Below are positions 19,313 to 28,798 of a DNA stretch of 64,000 nt, piece after piece (position 1 is the stretch's first letter; the number at the start of each line of letters is the position of its first letter). Position numbers and translations under genes: made by a program. The stretch is from Verrucomicrobiales bacterium (lineage in GTDB: Bacteria > Verrucomicrobiota > Verrucomicrobiia > Limisphaerales > UBA11358). The stretch is taken from assembly GCA_028712475.1 (NCBI GenBank), contig JAQTQB010000001.1, positions 458,180 through 522,179 of the forward strand. The letters run 5' to 3'. The notes under the pieces were generated by a model. The model did not search any database. It had not been told where the DNA came from and worked only from the letters and a program-made list of their open reading frames with translations.

Positions 19313-20704
19313 ATGGCGCGGCAGCTCATCATTCTCGCGGGCGGAGCGGGCACGCGGTTGCGCGAACGGCTCGGCGATCTGCCCAAGCCGATGATTCCCA
19401 TCGCGGGCAAGCCGCTGCTCGAACATCAGGTCGAGCTGGCAAAAAAGCACGGCTTCACGGATCTCATTTTTTTTGTCCATTATCGCGCCGACCTGATTGA
19501 AAAACATTTTGGCGACGGGACTAAATTCGGCGTCCGCATCCGTTATATTTTGGAAAAGGAACCGCTCGGCACGGCGGGCGCGGTGCTGGCGGGATTTGAA
19601 TATCTGGCGGAGCGCTTCGTCGTGCTTTACGGCGATACGATGGTGAACGTGGACTTGAACCGCATCTGGAACGCGCACGAAAAAGCGAACGCCGCCGCGA
19701 CGTTATTGCTGCATCCGAACGATCATCCGTTCGATTCCGACCTGGTGGAAATCAATGCTGAATCGGTTGTCACCGCGTTCCACAACCGCCCGCACGACGG
19801 AACTGTCTGGCGGCAGAATCTGGTGAACGCCGGGCTTTACGTTCTGGAAAAGCGCGCGCTGGCGTCTTTTCAATTTTGTAGCAGCGGACGTGAGTCCGCT
19901 CATCCTCCAGAAAAACAGAGCCGACTTGCGTCGGCTGCTACGATTTTCGATTTTGGAAAAGATGTTTTCCCGGCGATGGTTCGCGCGGGGGAAAAATTGC
20001 TGGGCTACAACTCGCCGGAATTCATCAAGGACATCGGCACGCCGGCGCGGTATGACAAGATTTCCGCGCAGTTCGCGGCGGGCATCGTGCAGCGCAGTTC
20101 GCTGGCCACGCCCCAGCGCGCGGTGTTTCTGGACCGCGACGGCACGCTGATCCCCGACATGGATTGCCTGCGGAACGCGGACGAACTGGAACTTTTGCCG
20201 GGCGTGGCCGGGGCGATTCATGAGTTGAATCTGCAAGGCTGGCGGACGGTCGTGATCACGAATCAACCGGTGATAGCCAAAGGTTTTTGCGACGAAGCTG
20301 AATTGCAGAAAATTCATAACAAACTGGAGTCGCTGCTGGGCCGTGAACACGCTTTCATTGACCGGATTTATTTCTGCCCGCATCACCCGGAAAAAGGATT
20401 TCCGGGCGAACGCCCGGAATTGAAAACCGAGTGCGATTGCCGCAAACCCAAGACCGGCATGATCCAAAAGGCGGTGGCGGAGTTGAACATTGATTTGAAA
20501 CAGTCGTGGCTGGTCGGCGACACGACAACGGATTTGCAGACGGCCAAAAATGCCGGGCTGAAATCCATCCTGGTGCGGACGGGTTCAGCCGGTCGCGACG
20601 GAAAATTTGACGCTCCGCCGGATTTTGTATGTAATGACCTCCGTCAAGCCGCCCAAATAATATGCGAAACCGAAGCCGACAGCGCGCCACGCGATAAAGG
20701 ATGA
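19313..20704 (+). CDS. Bifunctional sugar-1-phosphate nucleotidyltransferase (HddC-like) / D,D-heptose 1,7-bisphosphate phosphatase (GmhB-like)
   Basis: N-terminal LAGGAGTRLRERLGDLPKPMIPIAGKPLL and EKEPLGTAGAV (NTP-transferase). C-terminal VFLDRDGTLI, CPHHP...CDCRKPKTGM and GDTTTDLQTA (HAD, GmhB Zn motif). Confidence 0.85.
   Translation: MARQLIILAGGAGTRLRERLGDLPKPMIPIAGKPLLEHQVELAKKHGFTDLIFFVHYRADLIEKHFGDGTKFGVRIRYILEKEPLGTAGAVLAGFEYLAERFVVLYGDTMVNVDLNRIWNAHEKANAAATLLLHPNDHPFDSDLVEINAESVVTAFHNRPHDGTVWRQNLVNAGLYVLEKRALASFQFCSSGRESAHPPEKQSRLASAATIFDFGKDVFPAMVRAGEKLLGYNSPEFIKDIGTPARYDKISAQFAAGIVQRSSLATPQRAVFLDRDGTLIPDMDCLRNADELELLPGVAGAIHELNLQGWRTVVITNQPVIAKGFCDEAELQKIHNKLESLLGREHAFIDRIYFCPHHPEKGFPGERPELKTECDCRKPKTGMIQKAVAELNIDLKQSWLVGDTTTDLQTAKNAGLKSILVRTGSAGRDGKFDAPPDFVCNDLRQAAQIICETEADSAPRDKG
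19878..19941. repeat. GTAG-hairpin inverted doublet (REPIN-like), in-frame inside the HddC-GmhB gene
   Basis: GTAGCAGCGGACGTGAGTCCGCTC - 16 nt - GAGCCGACTTGCGTCGGCTGCTAC. Translated as ..CSSGRESAHPPEKQSRLASAAT.. Confidence 0.85.
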
Positions 20705-21348
20705 AATCTCCCCGGGACATTTGCATGGGCATTTTGCTGCGAACTTCGTGGATGCTGCGACGCAATCCGGCGCGCTTTCTTTTCAGCGATGGAAACTTCC
20801 AGCGGGTCACGGGTGGCGAGCGCGACGAGGTCAGTTTCCTAAAACGGCGCTGGCTGGCGGAAGGCGGCGGAACCATCTGGGACGTGGGGGCGTCGCTCGG
20901 CAAATACACCTGCGACATCGCGCGGGCGAACCCGAACTGCAAAGTGCTGGCGTTCGAGCCGAACTTGAATTCGCTTTATTTCCTGGCACACCGCGCGGCG
21001 CGTCTGCCGAACATCGAGATCGTTCCGTGCGCGCTGACCGCCGACGGCCGCGACATGACGGGCAGCTACGAACCGAATTTCACAGCGGCGGCGACCGGCC
21101 CGCTGGTGCCGACGTTTTCGCTGGCCGAGGCGCTGGCCAAGTTCGGCAAGCCAGCCTTCATCAAGATGGATGTCGAGGGCGAGGAATTCAGGATTTTCCG
21201 CGAACACGGTGATTTGCTGCGCGGCGTTCATCTGCTGGTGGAATGGCATGCCTGTTTTGTGAAGGAGCCGGTTCCGCCGTTGAAACATTGGCGCGTCCAT
21301 GACGTGTTTCCCGGGCACACCTACCTTGAACCGCTTCCGGAAAAATAA
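20701..21348 (+). CDS. FkbM-family methyltransferase
   Basis: IWDVGASLGKYT and FIKMDVEGEEFRIF motifs. ATGA overlap with the upstream gene. Confidence 0.8.
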   Translation: MKSPRDICMGILLRTSWMLRRNPARFLFSDGNFQRVTGGERDEVSFLKRRWLAEGGGTIWDVGASLGKYTCDIARANPNCKVLAFEPNLNSLYFLAHRAARLPNIEIVPCALTADGRDMTGSYEPNFTAAATGPLVPTFSLAEALAKFGKPAFIKMDVEGEEFRIFREHGDLLRGVHLLVEWHACFVKEPVPPLKHWRVHDVFPGHTYLEPLPEK

Positions 21349-21354
21349 TTTCCC

Positions 21355-22338
21355 ATGATCATCAGCAAGACACCATTAAGAATGAGTTTCGTCGGCGGCG
21401 GCAGCGATCTGCCGGTTTTTTACCGCGAGTTCGGCGGCGCGGTGGTCTCCACGGCCATCAACAAATTTGTTTATGTGACCGTCAACCAGAAGTTCGACGA
21501 AAAAATCCGCATCAGCTACTCGAAAACCGAGGAGGCGAAGTCGGTTGAGAAGGTCAAGCATCCGCTCGTGCGCGAAAGCATGAAGCTGCTCGGCATCAAC
21601 GGAGGCGTCGAAATCACTTCAATTGCCGACATCCCGGCGAAAGGCACGGGGCTGGGCTCCTCCAGTTCGTTCACGGTCGGATTGCTGAACGCGCTCCACG
21701 CGTTTGCGAACCGCCATGCCTCCGCCGACAAGCTGGCGCAGGAAAGTTGTGAGATTGAAATCGGACGTTGCGGTGAGCCGATCGGCAAGCAGGACCAATA
21801 CGCCGCCGCGTTCGGCGGGTTCAGCTTCATCCAGTTCAACCAGAACGATTCCGTCTCCGTCGAACGGATCATCTGCCAGCGCGAAACATTGCGGCAGTTG
21901 GAAAATAATCTTATTGTTTTTTACACCGGCATCACGCGCAGCGCGTCGGCCATTTTGAAAGCACAGTCGAACGCCGTTGCCAGCCAGAAGGCGAAGCAGA
22001 AAACGATGGTCAAAATGGTCGGGCTGGCCCGGCAGTTAAAAGCTGAACTGCAAAAAAACAACCTGGCGGCGTTCGGCGAGATCATCCACGAAAACTGGCT
22101 GCTCAAGCGCAGCCTGACGAGCGAAGTGAGCAACGACCTGATTGACGGCTGGTATTCACGGGCGCGGAAAACAGGCGCCGTGGGCGGAAAACTGCTGGGC
22201 GCGGGCGCGGGCGGATTCCTGATGTTTTATGCGCCACAGGAGAAACACGAAGCCATCACGCGCGAACTGAAGGAATTGCGCCCGGTCAAATTCGGCTTCG
22301 AGCCGCAGGGCAGCAAGATCATTTTTGTCCACGATTAA
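21355..22338 (+). CDS. hddA: GHMP-family sugar kinase, D-glycero-D-manno-heptose 7-phosphate kinase-like
   Basis: KTPLRMSFVGGGSDLPVFY N-terminus and GHMP motif PAKGTGLGSSSSFTVGLL. Neighbours HddC/GmhB genes. Confidence 0.7.
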   Translation: MIISKTPLRMSFVGGGSDLPVFYREFGGAVVSTAINKFVYVTVNQKFDEKIRISYSKTEEAKSVEKVKHPLVRESMKLLGINGGVEITSIADIPAKGTGLGSSSSFTVGLLNALHAFANRHASADKLAQESCEIEIGRCGEPIGKQDQYAAAFGGFSFIQFNQNDSVSVERIICQRETLRQLENNLIVFYTGITRSASAILKAQSNAVASQKAKQKTMVKMVGLARQLKAELQKNNLAAFGEIIHENWLLKRSLTSEVSNDLIDGWYSRARKTGAVGGKLLGAGAGGFLMFYAPQEKHEAITRELKELRPVKFGFEPQGSKIIFVHD

Positions 22339-22361
22339 GAAGTTTATAAAGATAAAACTAC

Positions 22362-23111
22362 ATGAAGCTCAACACTGATTTTTATCAAGGCTTGCACAAG
22401 ACCGATAAGGAATATTCCGCCGGCACTTACCACATGGCCAGCCTGTGGTCGTCGCGGGCGTTGCAAAACTGGGTTCAGGGCCGGCAAAAAATCCGGATTC
22501 TGGATGTCGGCTGCGGCAAGGGCGTTTTCCTCCGCGATTTCGTCCACGGCATCTACCAACGCTGGCAGGTGAAGCCTTCCCGCGTCACGGGTATTGACTT
22601 GGTGCAAAGCCCCAACAACCACTTCGCGGAAATTTCGCCGGAGTTTGAATTCCACCAGCACGACACCGACGGCAACCCATTGCCTTTTCCGGATTGCAGT
22701 TTTGATTTTATCTGTTGCAACCACGTCCTGGAGCATGTTTTTGAAACGGAAAATCTGGTGCGTGAATTTCGCCGGGTGCTGGCACCCGACGGATTTTGCA
22801 TCATCAGCGTCCCGAACATCGCCGCGTGGGTGAACCGCGTGGCGTTTCTGGTGGGCGGGCAGCCGCTCGGCTCGGAACTGGGCACGGACAAGGTGACCTA
22901 CGGTTTTCGGCCGGCGTTCATGCAAAAAAAACTGGAGGCGTTTCATCCATCCGGCCACATCCGCGATTTCACGCCGCCCGGACTGCGGGATCTGACCGCG
23001 CATTGCGGGTTTCAGACCGTTGGCTGGTGGCCGCAAAGCCACGGCCTGATCGCCCGGTTGAGCAAATGGGGCGGGCGTAACATGTCTATCATGCTCCAGC
23101 CGAAGGCCTGA
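22362..23111 (+). CDS. Class I SAM-dependent methyltransferase
   Basis: ILDVGCGKGVFL motif I and FDFICCNHVLEHV. Confidence 0.8.
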   Translation: MKLNTDFYQGLHKTDKEYSAGTYHMASLWSSRALQNWVQGRQKIRILDVGCGKGVFLRDFVHGIYQRWQVKPSRVTGIDLVQSPNNHFAEISPEFEFHQHDTDGNPLPFPDCSFDFICCNHVLEHVFETENLVREFRRVLAPDGFCIISVPNIAAWVNRVAFLVGGQPLGSELGTDKVTYGFRPAFMQKKLEAFHPSGHIRDFTPPGLRDLTAHCGFQTVGWWPQSHGLIARLSKWGGRNMSIMLQPKA

Positions 23112-23139
23112 TATTCAAACGCGGTTTTCACTTCGCAAA

Positions 23140-24090
23140 ATGGAAAAAGTATTTGTCACCGGCGGGGCGGGCTTCATCGGCAGCCACTTGGTGGATGCAC
23201 TACTAGCCATGGGCGCGACGGTGGTGGTGTATGATAATTTCTGCACCGGGCGGACCGAGTTTGTGCCGCAAAACTCTCCGAAGCTCCAAGTCATCCGGGG
23301 CGACACCTTGGATCTGCCCGCGTTGAAGGCCGCCGGCGAAGGCTGCGATTTCATCTTTCATTTCCAGGCCAACGCGGACGTGCGCGGTGGCCGGGACAAT
23401 CCGCGCGTGGACCTGGAGCAGAACACCATCGCCACCTGGAACGTCCTGGAAATGGCGCGGGTTCACGGCGCAAACGGTTTCGCCTTCGCCAGCAGCGCGG
23501 CGGTTTATGGCGAGCCGGAAGTTTTTCCCACGCCGGAAAATTACGCCTCGCACCAGACGTCGCTTTACGGCGCCAGCAAGCTCGCCGGGGAGGCGATGAT
23601 CGAGGCCTATTGCGAATACTACAACATGCGCTGCTTCAGCTACCGGTTTGTGAGCTGGATTGGGGAACGCTACACGCACGGGATCGTGTTCGACGTGCTG
23701 AAGAAACTGCAGCGCGACCCGAAATGCCTGCCGCTGTTCGGCGACGGCACGCAAAAAAAATCCTATCTTTACGTCAAGGACGGCGTGGCGGGCGTGATGC
23801 GCGGCATCGAAAAATCATCCGCGCAAAAGAACGTCTTTAATCTCGGCCATGATTATTTCATCACGGTTGTTGAAGTGGTCAAAATAATTCTGGACGAACT
23901 GCGCATGAACGAGGTGAAGCTGGAATTCGCCGGTGGCAAGCGTGGCTGGCTGGGTGACAGCCCGCTGGTGCACCTCGATACTTCAAAAATCAAACAGCTT
24001 GGCTGGCAGCCTGAAACGTCCATCGAAGAAGGCATCCGCCGCACGGTGCGTTTTCTCAAGCAGAACCCGCAGTTGCTGCAACGCGCCTAA
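23140..24090 (+). CDS. NAD-dependent epimerase/dehydratase (SDR)
   Basis: VFVTGGAGFIGSHLVDALLAMG and YGASKLAGE. Confidence 0.85.
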   Translation: MEKVFVTGGAGFIGSHLVDALLAMGATVVVYDNFCTGRTEFVPQNSPKLQVIRGDTLDLPALKAAGEGCDFIFHFQANADVRGGRDNPRVDLEQNTIATWNVLEMARVHGANGFAFASSAAVYGEPEVFPTPENYASHQTSLYGASKLAGEAMIEAYCEYYNMRCFSYRFVSWIGERYTHGIVFDVLKKLQRDPKCLPLFGDGTQKKSYLYVKDGVAGVMRGIEKSSAQKNVFNLGHDYFITVVEVVKIILDELRMNEVKLEFAGGKRGWLGDSPLVHLDTSKIKQLGWQPETSIEEGIRRTVRFLKQNPQLLQRA

Positions 24091-25301
24091 AACGTCTTGA
24101 GCGTGGCGATGAAACGGTTTCCCGCCGCCTCCCACGAGTGTTCGGCTTTCAGCAATGCTAGTTCGTGGGCGTCCAAAGCAACTTCACCACGCCGCGCCTT
24201 TGTGACAGCAGCGAACGATTTGCTTTTGAAAATTTCAAAGTCGAACGATGGCACATAATCAATCAGGTTGCCAAAAATCGGGCGATAGGCGGGCAGATCG
24301 TAGGCCACGACCGGCACGTCGCACGCGAGCGCCTCCGCGATGACGATACCCCAGCTTTCCTGCCGGCTCGGCATCAGAAAAACGCGGCTGGCCTTGAATA
24401 TCCTGAACTTTGCCTCCTCCGAAACCAAACCGGTCAGCGTCACACAATGCGATAGCTTTAAATCCGCCAGACGGGGCGCAAGCTCGTCCAGTCGCCCTAC
24501 CAGCACCGCGCGAAAATCCTTCAACTCCCTTGCCAAAATCACAAACATCGCCAGCAGATCGTCAATGCCTTTTTGCCGGTGGACGCGCCCCAGCCACACG
24601 ACATCGTATTCCTTTTTCTGCGGTGGAACCTGTTCGGCGGCCTTCAGGTTCATGCCGTTGGAGATGAAAACAATTTCTTCCTCTCGATAGCCCATGGCCA
24701 GCAGGCGCGGCTTCATGTCCGGGTGGACATAAAACAACCGCTTGTTTCCGAGCAGCAGAAATAGCCAGAGCGAAAGATTTTGGCTGAGCCAATAATAAAT
24801 CGAATTGAGCCGGCTGGCGTCCACATCCGGGCGAAGCCGAAAAATGATTTCCTTAAGCGTCGGCGCGTCCATGCCAAGAATCATCAGCTTGCGGCGGGCT
24901 TTGCAGAGCAGCAGCGGCCAGACGTCGAACCAGTAATCGCTCACGGCATAGACGCTGTCGTCGGGTTTGATTTTATGCAGTTGTTTTAAGCTGCCGATGA
25001 ACCTGCGCCCATAGTCCAGCAAAAGCCGGAATTGGCCGCCGAGCGTGTGGGCATCGAACGGTTTCACCTGCGAATGATCGGTAAGCGTCACGGGAATACC
25101 TTGGGGAAACAGCCGGTCAATTTTTTCCTTCAGCGCGTGCCCGCCAAAAATATCCACCGCCCTGCAGGCAGTCACCGCCGCTTCGACCATGTGGAAGAAA
25201 TGAATTTCTCCGCCGGAAGTCTGTTCGCAATAGGTGCCATTTCCGATAAAGAATATAGTTCCCTGCCTACCGCTTGCTGTCATGTCAGTCATCTGTTCCA
25301 T
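24087..25301 (-). CDS. Glycosyltransferase family 1 (GT4-like)
   Basis: C-terminal FLMPSRQESWGIVIAEALACDVPVVAYD (E-x7-E region). Its stop overlaps the stop of the convergent epimerase gene. Confidence 0.8.
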   Translation of the reverse strand: MEQMTDMTASGRQGTIFFIGNGTYCEQTSGGEIHFFHMVEAAVTACRAVDIFGGHALKEKIDRLFPQGIPVTLTDHSQVKPFDAHTLGGQFRLLLDYGRRFIGSLKQLHKIKPDDSVYAVSDYWFDVWPLLLCKARRKLMILGMDAPTLKEIIFRLRPDVDASRLNSIYYWLSQNLSLWLFLLLGNKRLFYVHPDMKPRLLAMGYREEEIVFISNGMNLKAAEQVPPQKKEYDVVWLGRVHRQKGIDDLLAMFVILARELKDFRAVLVGRLDELAPRLADLKLSHCVTLTGLVSEEAKFRIFKASRVFLMPSRQESWGIVIAEALACDVPVVAYDLPAYRPIFGNLIDYVPSFDFEIFKSKSFAAVTKARRGEVALDAHELALLKAEHSWEAAGNRFIATLKTF

Positions 25302-25360
25302 TCGACTGGAAATTTGCCGCCATAGGCAAGCTCTTTGTTGGAGCCGACAATGTGCTAGAC

Positions 25361-26089
25361 ATGATTCCGGTGATATCGCAGCCTTTGCCGCACAAGATTA
25401 TGGCTGAATTGATAACCAACCGCGTCAAACTGCTCCAAGATCTCGTGAGCGGAAAAGATGTTCTGGATGTCGGGTGCGTGAACCATAATTTGGACAGCCG
25501 CAAGGGCGAGCGGGCGAACTTCTGGCTGCACGAGCAGCTCCGCCAAAGCGCGCGCAGCGTGTTCGGCATTGATTACGAGGAAAAGGAAATCCAAAAGCTC
25601 AAGGCGGAGGGTTACGATGTCGCCGCTGCCGATGCGACCAACTTTGATTTGTTCCGCCAGTTCGATGTTGTGATGGCCGGCGAAATCCTGGAACACCTCA
25701 CCAATCCGGCGGGTTTTTTGAACAGCGTCAGGAAGCATCTGCGGCCCGGCGGCTTTCTGGTCACCACGACGCCGAACGCAAACTGCCTGATTTTTTTCCT
25801 GGAAAACTTGATCTTGGGCCACGAGATCGACAACAGCGACCACGTCTGCATTTACAGCCCGGCGACCATCAAGACCATGTTTGAAAAATGCGGCTTCAAG
25901 TTGGAGCGCGTCATCTTTGTCGCCCAAAACACGGCCTGGATCCACGAATCGTTCTTCTACAAATTTCTCTGCTACATAAAACAATTCCTACAACTGGCCT
26001 TCGGTCTAGTGCGCCCGTCGTTGTCGCATCACTTCATCACCATCTCAAAGCCGGCGGATCCAGTCCCGTCCAAAATCACGGGCGGTTGA
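25361..26089 (+). CDS. Class I SAM-dependent methyltransferase
   Basis: VLDVGCVNHNL and FDVVMAGEILEHLTNPAGFLNSVRKHLRPGGFLV. The start is uncertain (ATG at 25361 or 25400); the TTG at 25274 would overlap the divergent GT1 gene. Confidence 0.75.
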   Translation: MIPVISQPLPHKIMAELITNRVKLLQDLVSGKDVLDVGCVNHNLDSRKGERANFWLHEQLRQSARSVFGIDYEEKEIQKLKAEGYDVAAADATNFDLFRQFDVVMAGEILEHLTNPAGFLNSVRKHLRPGGFLVTTTPNANCLIFFLENLILGHEIDNSDHVCIYSPATIKTMFEKCGFKLERVIFVAQNTAWIHESFFYKFLCYIKQFLQLAFGLVRPSLSHHFITISKPADPVPSKITGG

Positions 26090-27098
26090 GTTTCTGGCGC
26101 GGCTGCAGGTTTTGGATCAGCTTTTTATCCTTCGCCGCGATCGCGTAAGTTTGCAATCCCCACGCCACGCCGAGCGCGGAGGCGAAGCTCGCCCACGGAT
26201 GCCACAGCCAGCGCGCGTCGCGCGTGCGCACCAGCGCGGCGAGCATTTGCAGAAACGGAAAAACAAAGGTGACGCACAGCAGGCACGCCAGCCAGCCGGG
26301 AATGCGCGGCTTGCGTTCCGTCCACGAAAAGCCGTGTTCCTTCTGCATGTCGAGAAAATGGCACGTCGCGCGGCGGCGCTTCTTCATGAATTCACCGAGC
26401 GTGGCGACGTAATAATGATGCACGCCGCGCCCGCGAATCCGCAGCCATTCGCGCTTGCCGGTGGCCTGGATCAGGTTTACCGAGGTGTGCGTGTCGGAAT
26501 AATTTTCACCCGCCTTGACCATGTCCAATTCTGATTTACGAAAGACAAATCCATTTGAGCCGACCGGATACGCGAGACTGTTTTTCGGAAACGTCCAGCG
26601 CTCGACTTCGCCCGCTGCGCCGAGAAAAACCGGTTTGATGCTCATCAGCCACGCGACCGGATCGCTGATGTGCAGCAGGCAGGTGAGGTAGGAACAAAAC
26701 GAAGTCATGCGCGGCGACGGCAGATAATAACTCTCCACGCCGAACGCCGCCGGGTTGGCGGCCAGCGCCTCGACCGCGCGGCGGATGTAATCAGGATGCG
26801 TGATCTCGTTGTCCGCGTCTATGAAGACGACGTATTCGCCCGTCGCGTGGACCAGCGCAGCGCGTTTGCCGTCCTCGATGTTGCGCCCATGGTCGTCCAC
26901 GACAAGCGCGCCAAAACTTTTCGCCAGTTCGCGCGTGCCGTCCTTTGAACCTGCGTCGCCGACGATGATCTCGATTCTTTCCTGCGGATAATCCTGCCGC
27001 CGGATGGATTGCAGGCAGTTTTCCAGAATCCCCGCCGCATTCAAAACGGGGATGATGAAACTGATTTTTGGCAGGCTGGTATTGGTCATAAACGGCAC
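26076..27098 (-). CDS. Glycosyltransferase family 2 with C-terminal TM helices
   Basis: ISFIIPVLNAAGILENCLQSIRRQDYP..IIVGDAGSKDGT and FIDADN. Confidence 0.85.
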   Translation of the reverse strand: MPFMTNTSLPKISFIIPVLNAAGILENCLQSIRRQDYPQERIEIIVGDAGSKDGTRELAKSFGALVVDDHGRNIEDGKRAALVHATGEYVVFIDADNEITHPDYIRRAVEALAANPAAFGVESYYLPSPRMTSFCSYLTCLLHISDPVAWLMSIKPVFLGAAGEVERWTFPKNSLAYPVGSNGFVFRKSELDMVKAGENYSDTHTSVNLIQATGKREWLRIRGRGVHHYYVATLGEFMKKRRRATCHFLDMQKEHGFSWTERKPRIPGWLACLLCVTFVFPFLQMLAALVRTRDARWLWHPWASFASALGVAWGLQTYAIAAKDKKLIQNLQPRQKLNRP

Positions 27099-27125
27099 GG
27101 CAAGTTGCCAGAAAACCCCGCGCGG

Positions 27126-28202
27126 TCAAATGCTCTTTGCCAGCACCCGCCCGATGGTTGCGTGAACTTCATCCACCGTCACGGACGACATGCAGCGCAG
27201 CAATTCCCCGCGTGTGCCTTTGATCTGGCCGCCGTCGTAGCGGTAAAATTCCAGGTTGCGCCCGGCCACCGCCGGATTTTTCACGAGCGTGAAAGGATTC
27301 GCGTAAGGTTCGATGGGCTTGTTCCACGTCGGAGTCTCGATGACGATCTGCCCGCGCACGTTCATCGCGGCGGCGACGTGCATCAGCGCCGTGTCCACGC
27401 TCAAAAACGCGTCGCACTTGCCGATCAATGCCGCCGTCTGCCGGAGATTTTCTGATTCGGGGAAAAATAAATTTTCAACGCCGGCCAGCGCCCGGATTTT
27501 TTCGTGGCCGGCTTTTTCCTCCGGCCCGCCGAAAAATAAAACCCCGAGTTCCGGCCGGTTTTGGCGGAGGCGGCGCGCCAGTTCCGCGTAGCTTTCCAGC
27601 GGCCAGCGGCGCAGCGCGAGGTTTTTTGTGCCGCCCGAGCCGACGTGGATGCCGAGGAGCGGACGCCCGGAAAGCTTTTGCTGCGCGACAAAATCCGCCG
27701 CCCAGGACTGCTCCGATTCCGTCAGATAAATTTCGTAGCGATGCGCCGGCAGTTCAGGGTTCGCGCCGAGAGGAGACAGCAGCGCCAGATTGTTTTCCAC
27801 GGCGTGCCGCGAATAATTCTGCGGCAGGGTCTTGTTCACCAGCCAACGGTCGAGCGCGCCGGAACATTCGTATCCGTGGCTGATGCGCACCGGCGCGTTG
27901 ATGAATTTCGCCACGATCCGGTAATGGCGGCGGCTCTGCGGAAACGTGTTGAGGGAGGCATCGTAGCCAGCCCGCCGCAACCCCGCCAAAAATTTGAGCG
28001 CGCCGGCTTTCGATTCCGCCATCAGGTTTTTCTGGTGGACGGTGTTCAGGTGCGGGTTGTTTTCCAGCAGGCTTTTTGAGCCGCGCCACATCACGAGCAC
28101 ATCAATCGTCGCTTCGGGAAAATTCGCGCGCAGCTCGTGGATGAGCGGCGTGGCGAACAGGGTGTCGCCAATGCCTGCAAGTGAAATAACCAGGATTTTC
28201 AC
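27126..28202 (-). CDS. Glycosyltransferase family 9 (ADP-heptose-dependent heptosyltransferase-like)
   Basis: MKILVISLAGIGDTLFATPLIHELR N-terminus and SVDTALMHVAAAM C-terminal motif. Confidence 0.85.
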   Translation of the reverse strand: MKILVISLAGIGDTLFATPLIHELRANFPEATIDVLVMWRGSKSLLENNPHLNTVHQKNLMAESKAGALKFLAGLRRAGYDASLNTFPQSRRHYRIVAKFINAPVRISHGYECSGALDRWLVNKTLPQNYSRHAVENNLALLSPLGANPELPAHRYEIYLTESEQSWAADFVAQQKLSGRPLLGIHVGSGGTKNLALRRWPLESYAELARRLRQNRPELGVLFFGGPEEKAGHEKIRALAGVENLFFPESENLRQTAALIGKCDAFLSVDTALMHVAAAMNVRGQIVIETPTWNKPIEPYANPFTLVKNPAVAGRNLEFYRYDGGQIKGTRGELLRCMSSVTVDEVHATIGRVLAKSI

Positions 28203-28684
28203 AGCCGGGAAATCTTTTCGAGCAGCGCCGTCGTGGATTTGCCCGGCACGAACGGAACCAAAATAATTTTTCCGCCCGATTGCTCGACCGCGCGGCGTTC
28301 GTCCTGGTTCAACGTGTCCAAAGTGTAATCGCCGCCTTTGACGTAAATGTCCGGCTGCGCGGCGGCGAGAAATTTTGTGGCCGTCGTGTCCGTGAAAATG
28401 CAGACGCCGTCCACGCTCGCCAGCGCGGCGAGAATTGCGGCGCGGTCGGATTCGGAATTCACCGGACGGCCGGCGCCCTTCAAGCCGCGCACCGCCGCGT
28501 CGCTGTTCACGCCGATGAGCAGTGTGTCGCCGAAATTGCGGGCGTTCTCCAGATACGTCACATGGCCGAGATGCAGGATGTCAAAGCAGCCGTTGGTGAC
28601 GACGAGTTTCTTGCCCGAAGCGCGAACAGCCTTGCGCCACTCCGGCAGTTTGTCCCACGCAATGATTTTGCTGCGGAAAGTCAT
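28199..28684 (-). CDS. D-beta-D-heptose 1-phosphate adenylyltransferase (RfaE domain II-like cytidylyltransferase fold)
   Basis: KLVVTNGCFDILHLGHVTYLENAR...IGVNSD. 4-nt overlap with the downstream GT9 gene. Confidence 0.85.
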   Translation of the reverse strand: MTFRSKIIAWDKLPEWRKAVRASGKKLVVTNGCFDILHLGHVTYLENARNFGDTLLIGVNSDAAVRGLKGAGRPVNSESDRAAILAALASVDGVCIFTDTTATKFLAAAQPDIYVKGGDYTLDTLNQDERRAVEQSGGKIILVPFVPGKSTTALLEKISRL

Positions 28685-28730
28685 GTCGTCATTTTGCCAA
28701 CGTCATGCCGGTTGGCAACGATTTACCGCT

Positions 28731-28798
28731 GTAGCAGCCGACGTGAGTCGGCTCTAACTTTCTCGGATAAAAGTGAGCGAACTCACGTCCGCCGCTAC
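28731..28798. repeat. GTAG-hairpin inverted doublet (REPIN-like), intergenic or at a gene end
   Basis: GTAGCAGCCGACGTGAGTCGGCTC - 20 nt - GAGCGAACTCACGTCCGCCGCTAC. The terminal GTAG (minus strand) supplies the TAG stop of the 28795-33156 gene. Confidence 0.85.
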
